Shown: piece by piece, positions 61,601-64,000 of the stretch
How the letters are laid out: every line of letters starts with the position of its first letter
How positions within the stretch are numbered: position 1 is the first letter of the stretch
Source of the DNA: Selaginella moellendorffii
Taxonomy: Eukaryota > Plantae > Lycopodiophyta
NCBI RefSeq assembly: GCF_000143415.4
Contig: NW_003314281.1
Coordinates: 856,833 to 920,832 of the forward strand
Length of the DNA stretch: 64,000 nucleotides
Reading direction: 5' to 3'
The notes under the pieces: model-generated
Seen by the model: the letters and a program-made list of their open reading frames with translations, nothing else
What the model was told of the DNA's origin: nothing
The model's database searches: none
Made by a program: the position numbers and the translations under genes

Positions 61601-63375
61601 GATCTGGCACTGAGGAGAAGATGAATGGAAAATTCAGATTTTGATTCAAATTCAGATTTTGACCCAGATAGTTGCATAATACTGTTGAAAAGAATTGAAT
61701 TTATGATATAGATTGACTGCAACAACGTCAACGATTCAGCGGTTCGAGTGCTGCTTGTGGAACGCTTCGCCTCGGGGCACCACGTCGTCTCTAACATCTT
61801 GAAGCTCAAGGACGGACTGGAAAATTGCAGCGATCATAGGAGCCTCCAGGACCTGTTAACTAGGATTATATGTCCTGACTTTGACGAAGCAAGAGCAGTA
61901 CAAACTTCCAGGGAAGCTTGCATCTGATTGTCTTTGCATGTTTTCTGATTGCATTGCAGCAGTGCAACAATCTAAAGTAGGTAATCCATAGCTTTCCATC
62001 CTAAAATGAACTATCTCGCATCTTGGTATTGACTCTCATGATTCTACTTAATAGTTGAAAGGTATATTAGCAAACAAATATTTCATTCGGTTTTGGCTAA
62101 TCAGTTAATTATGTGAATTCGTTCTTGGTCTTGAAAGGTGACAAGCAAAACTTTGAATTTTAAAATGTGAAAGGCACAAAATAAGTTCTTTCCAAGAGCT
62201 GCTCCTTCGTCATGCATGGCATCCCATCTGATCCATGCACTGCAGCACCATGGCAAATTATCCTTCTCATCCTACCTCCTGGAAAGAATATAATATGGAA
62301 AATCATGTGAGAAGTAATCACAAAAACAAACTCATGGAGATGGAGTTCCTTGGCCTGGTTGGTGAGCAAGTGTCTAGATATATAGAAGTCTGGAAGGTTT
62401 TATTGGTACACAACGTACCCATTGGGATCATGATCATGGAATCTGGTATACTCCCAATCGAGATCTATGTACAATATAATACCTTCTGAATCTGATGGGC
62501 CACTAGCAAGAGAAAATGGTTCAATATACTATCTCCAACTCCATCGATCTTGCAGACACAACCTTGTGGACAACATGTCTTGGAAGAAAAACACTCTACT
62601 TGACAAAAACACCACCTTTATCCCAGCACAATGGCTTCAACGAGCATTTCCAAGGTGCAGATCATGATCGAAAGTTCCACTACTACATCTCCACTGATCA
62701 AACAATTGGGATGGGAATCTATTGGCCCATGGGACCGAAACATCGCAGACAGGCCACCACAATCCTCACTCTGTGGTTGGGATGCATGGGAGGGACGCAT
62801 CTGCTACTTGTGTGCTAGCAATCGAAACTGTTAAACACTTCGTCCAAGGTTACAACCAACAGCAAGCTGCCCAGGCACTCCTTGACTCCACAATGCCGCT
62901 TCCATTTCTGCTTCAACACAAAGAACACGTCCGACTTGACTCGGCAAATACCTGTCAATTAACAAACCGTCGAAACACTAGATACATTAAGCATCATCAA
63001 TGCGCTTCAAACGAAGAAACCTCAACCTGCTCAACCTGCTCAAATTACAGGTCGGATGCATTGACAGAGTAAAATAAAAATCAAGAGGAGGGGCTCGGGT
63101 ATCTGTGTTCACCCTTTCTTTTCTTTAGATTTGTGTCGTTTACGATTGATTCCCATGTTCATACTGCAGGAGCGATCAGCGCTGCAGGACAGGATGGTCG
63201 AGAGTTTTACAGCGCCCAAGGTGGGGATTTGTATAAATAAACTTTTTGTTACCAGTGCCCAGCTGGAGGCATGGTGCCAAGCTGTAAAACATCAATTCTT
63301 CATAGTAACCACATGTTGCTAGCAAGTTACTTCACTGGTTCCATCTTTCTCGTAGCATCAAAGAGGAGCATAGAA

Positions 63376-64000
63376 ATGGAGGCCACTTTGATCTCCAAAT
63401 TCTCCACTGTCACGCACTTCGAGCTTCCGCAGCTTCCCAACAACATCCCATTCGCCTACCACCCGCAATCCGCGACGATCAGTCCCCAGATCGACGAGTG
63501 GATGCTTCGCAAGATGAAGATCACCGATCGGAGTGTGAGGAAGAAGATGATCCACTCCAAGATCGGTTTGTACGCCTGTATGATGCATCCCAATGCCGAG
63601 AGGGAGAAGCTCGTCCTGGCCGGTAAAAATCTCTGGGCCCTCCTACTCATCGACGATTTGCTCGAATCCAGTAGTAAGGAAGAGATGCCTCGGCTCAACA
63701 CCACCATCACCAACCTTGGCAGTGGAAATTCCAGGGATGGAGCTATCCGGAATCCTGTGCTGCTTCTGTATAAAGAAGTTCTGGGAGAGCTTCGAGCTGC
63801 CATGGAGCCACCTTTGCTGGACCGCTACTTGCACTGCCTGGCAGCTTCACTCGAAGGCGTCCGGAAGCAAGTCCACCACCGAACCAGAAAGAGCGTCCCT
63901 GAACCGGAAGAATATAAGCTTACCCGTCGTGCCAATGGATTCATGGACATCCTCGGGGGCATCATGACCGAGTTCTGTATGGGAATCCGCCTCAACCAAG
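63376..64000 (+). CDS. MTPSL: Third MTPSL paralog, 5' part (runs off the window)
   Basis: MEATLISKFSTVTHFELPQLPNNIP...LLIDDLLES... is open to the window end and homologous to the two minus-strand MTPSLs. Confidence 0.93.
   Translation, partial: MEATLISKFSTVTHFELPQLPNNIPFAYHPQSATISPQIDEWMLRKMKITDRSVRKKMIHSKIGLYACMMHPNAEREKLVLAGKNLWALLLIDDLLESSSKEEMPRLNTTITNLGSGNSRDGAIRNPVLLLYKEVLGELRAAMEPPLLDRYLHCLAASLEGVRKQVHHRTRKSVPEPEEYKLTRRANGFMDILGGIMTEFCMGIRLNQ

Noticed and set aside
62160-63070. Possible decayed integrase or gene fragments
   Set aside because: Only vague motif similarity, not supportable without a search.

Overview
Plant nuclear DNA with very short (~45-60 nt) introns, most likely the lycophyte Selaginella. 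This is inferred from three intronless microbial-type terpene synthase (MTPSL) genes and the intron size. The left half is a nest of transposons. A chromovirus-type Ty3/Gypsy element (1-22284) is split by a 16.3-kb DNA transposon (1465-17788) with 24-bp TIRs, a 4-bp AAGG TSD and a Sola-like DDD transposase. This transposon carries a divergently oriented multi-exon cargo gene (ParB/Srx-like domain, degenerate amino-methyltransferase-like fold, acidic linker, FCP1/NIF HAD phosphatase). It also carries about 30 copies of a 22-bp palindrome, many inside that gene's introns, and contains a nested solo LTR. Further right are a second decayed Gypsy, a non-coding LTR element family, an RRP45-like gene, and a minus-strand sister copy of the first Gypsy with a complete TRIM nested in its 3' LTR. 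The right part holds an MTPSL cluster: one copy has a deletion-derived new C-terminus, one intact copy lies head-to-head with a phytyl-ester-synthase-like esterase/acyltransferase, and one runs off the window. Most TE ORFs are broken by stops that mostly look like C-to-T changes. All coordinates and domain calls were made by eye, with no database searches.
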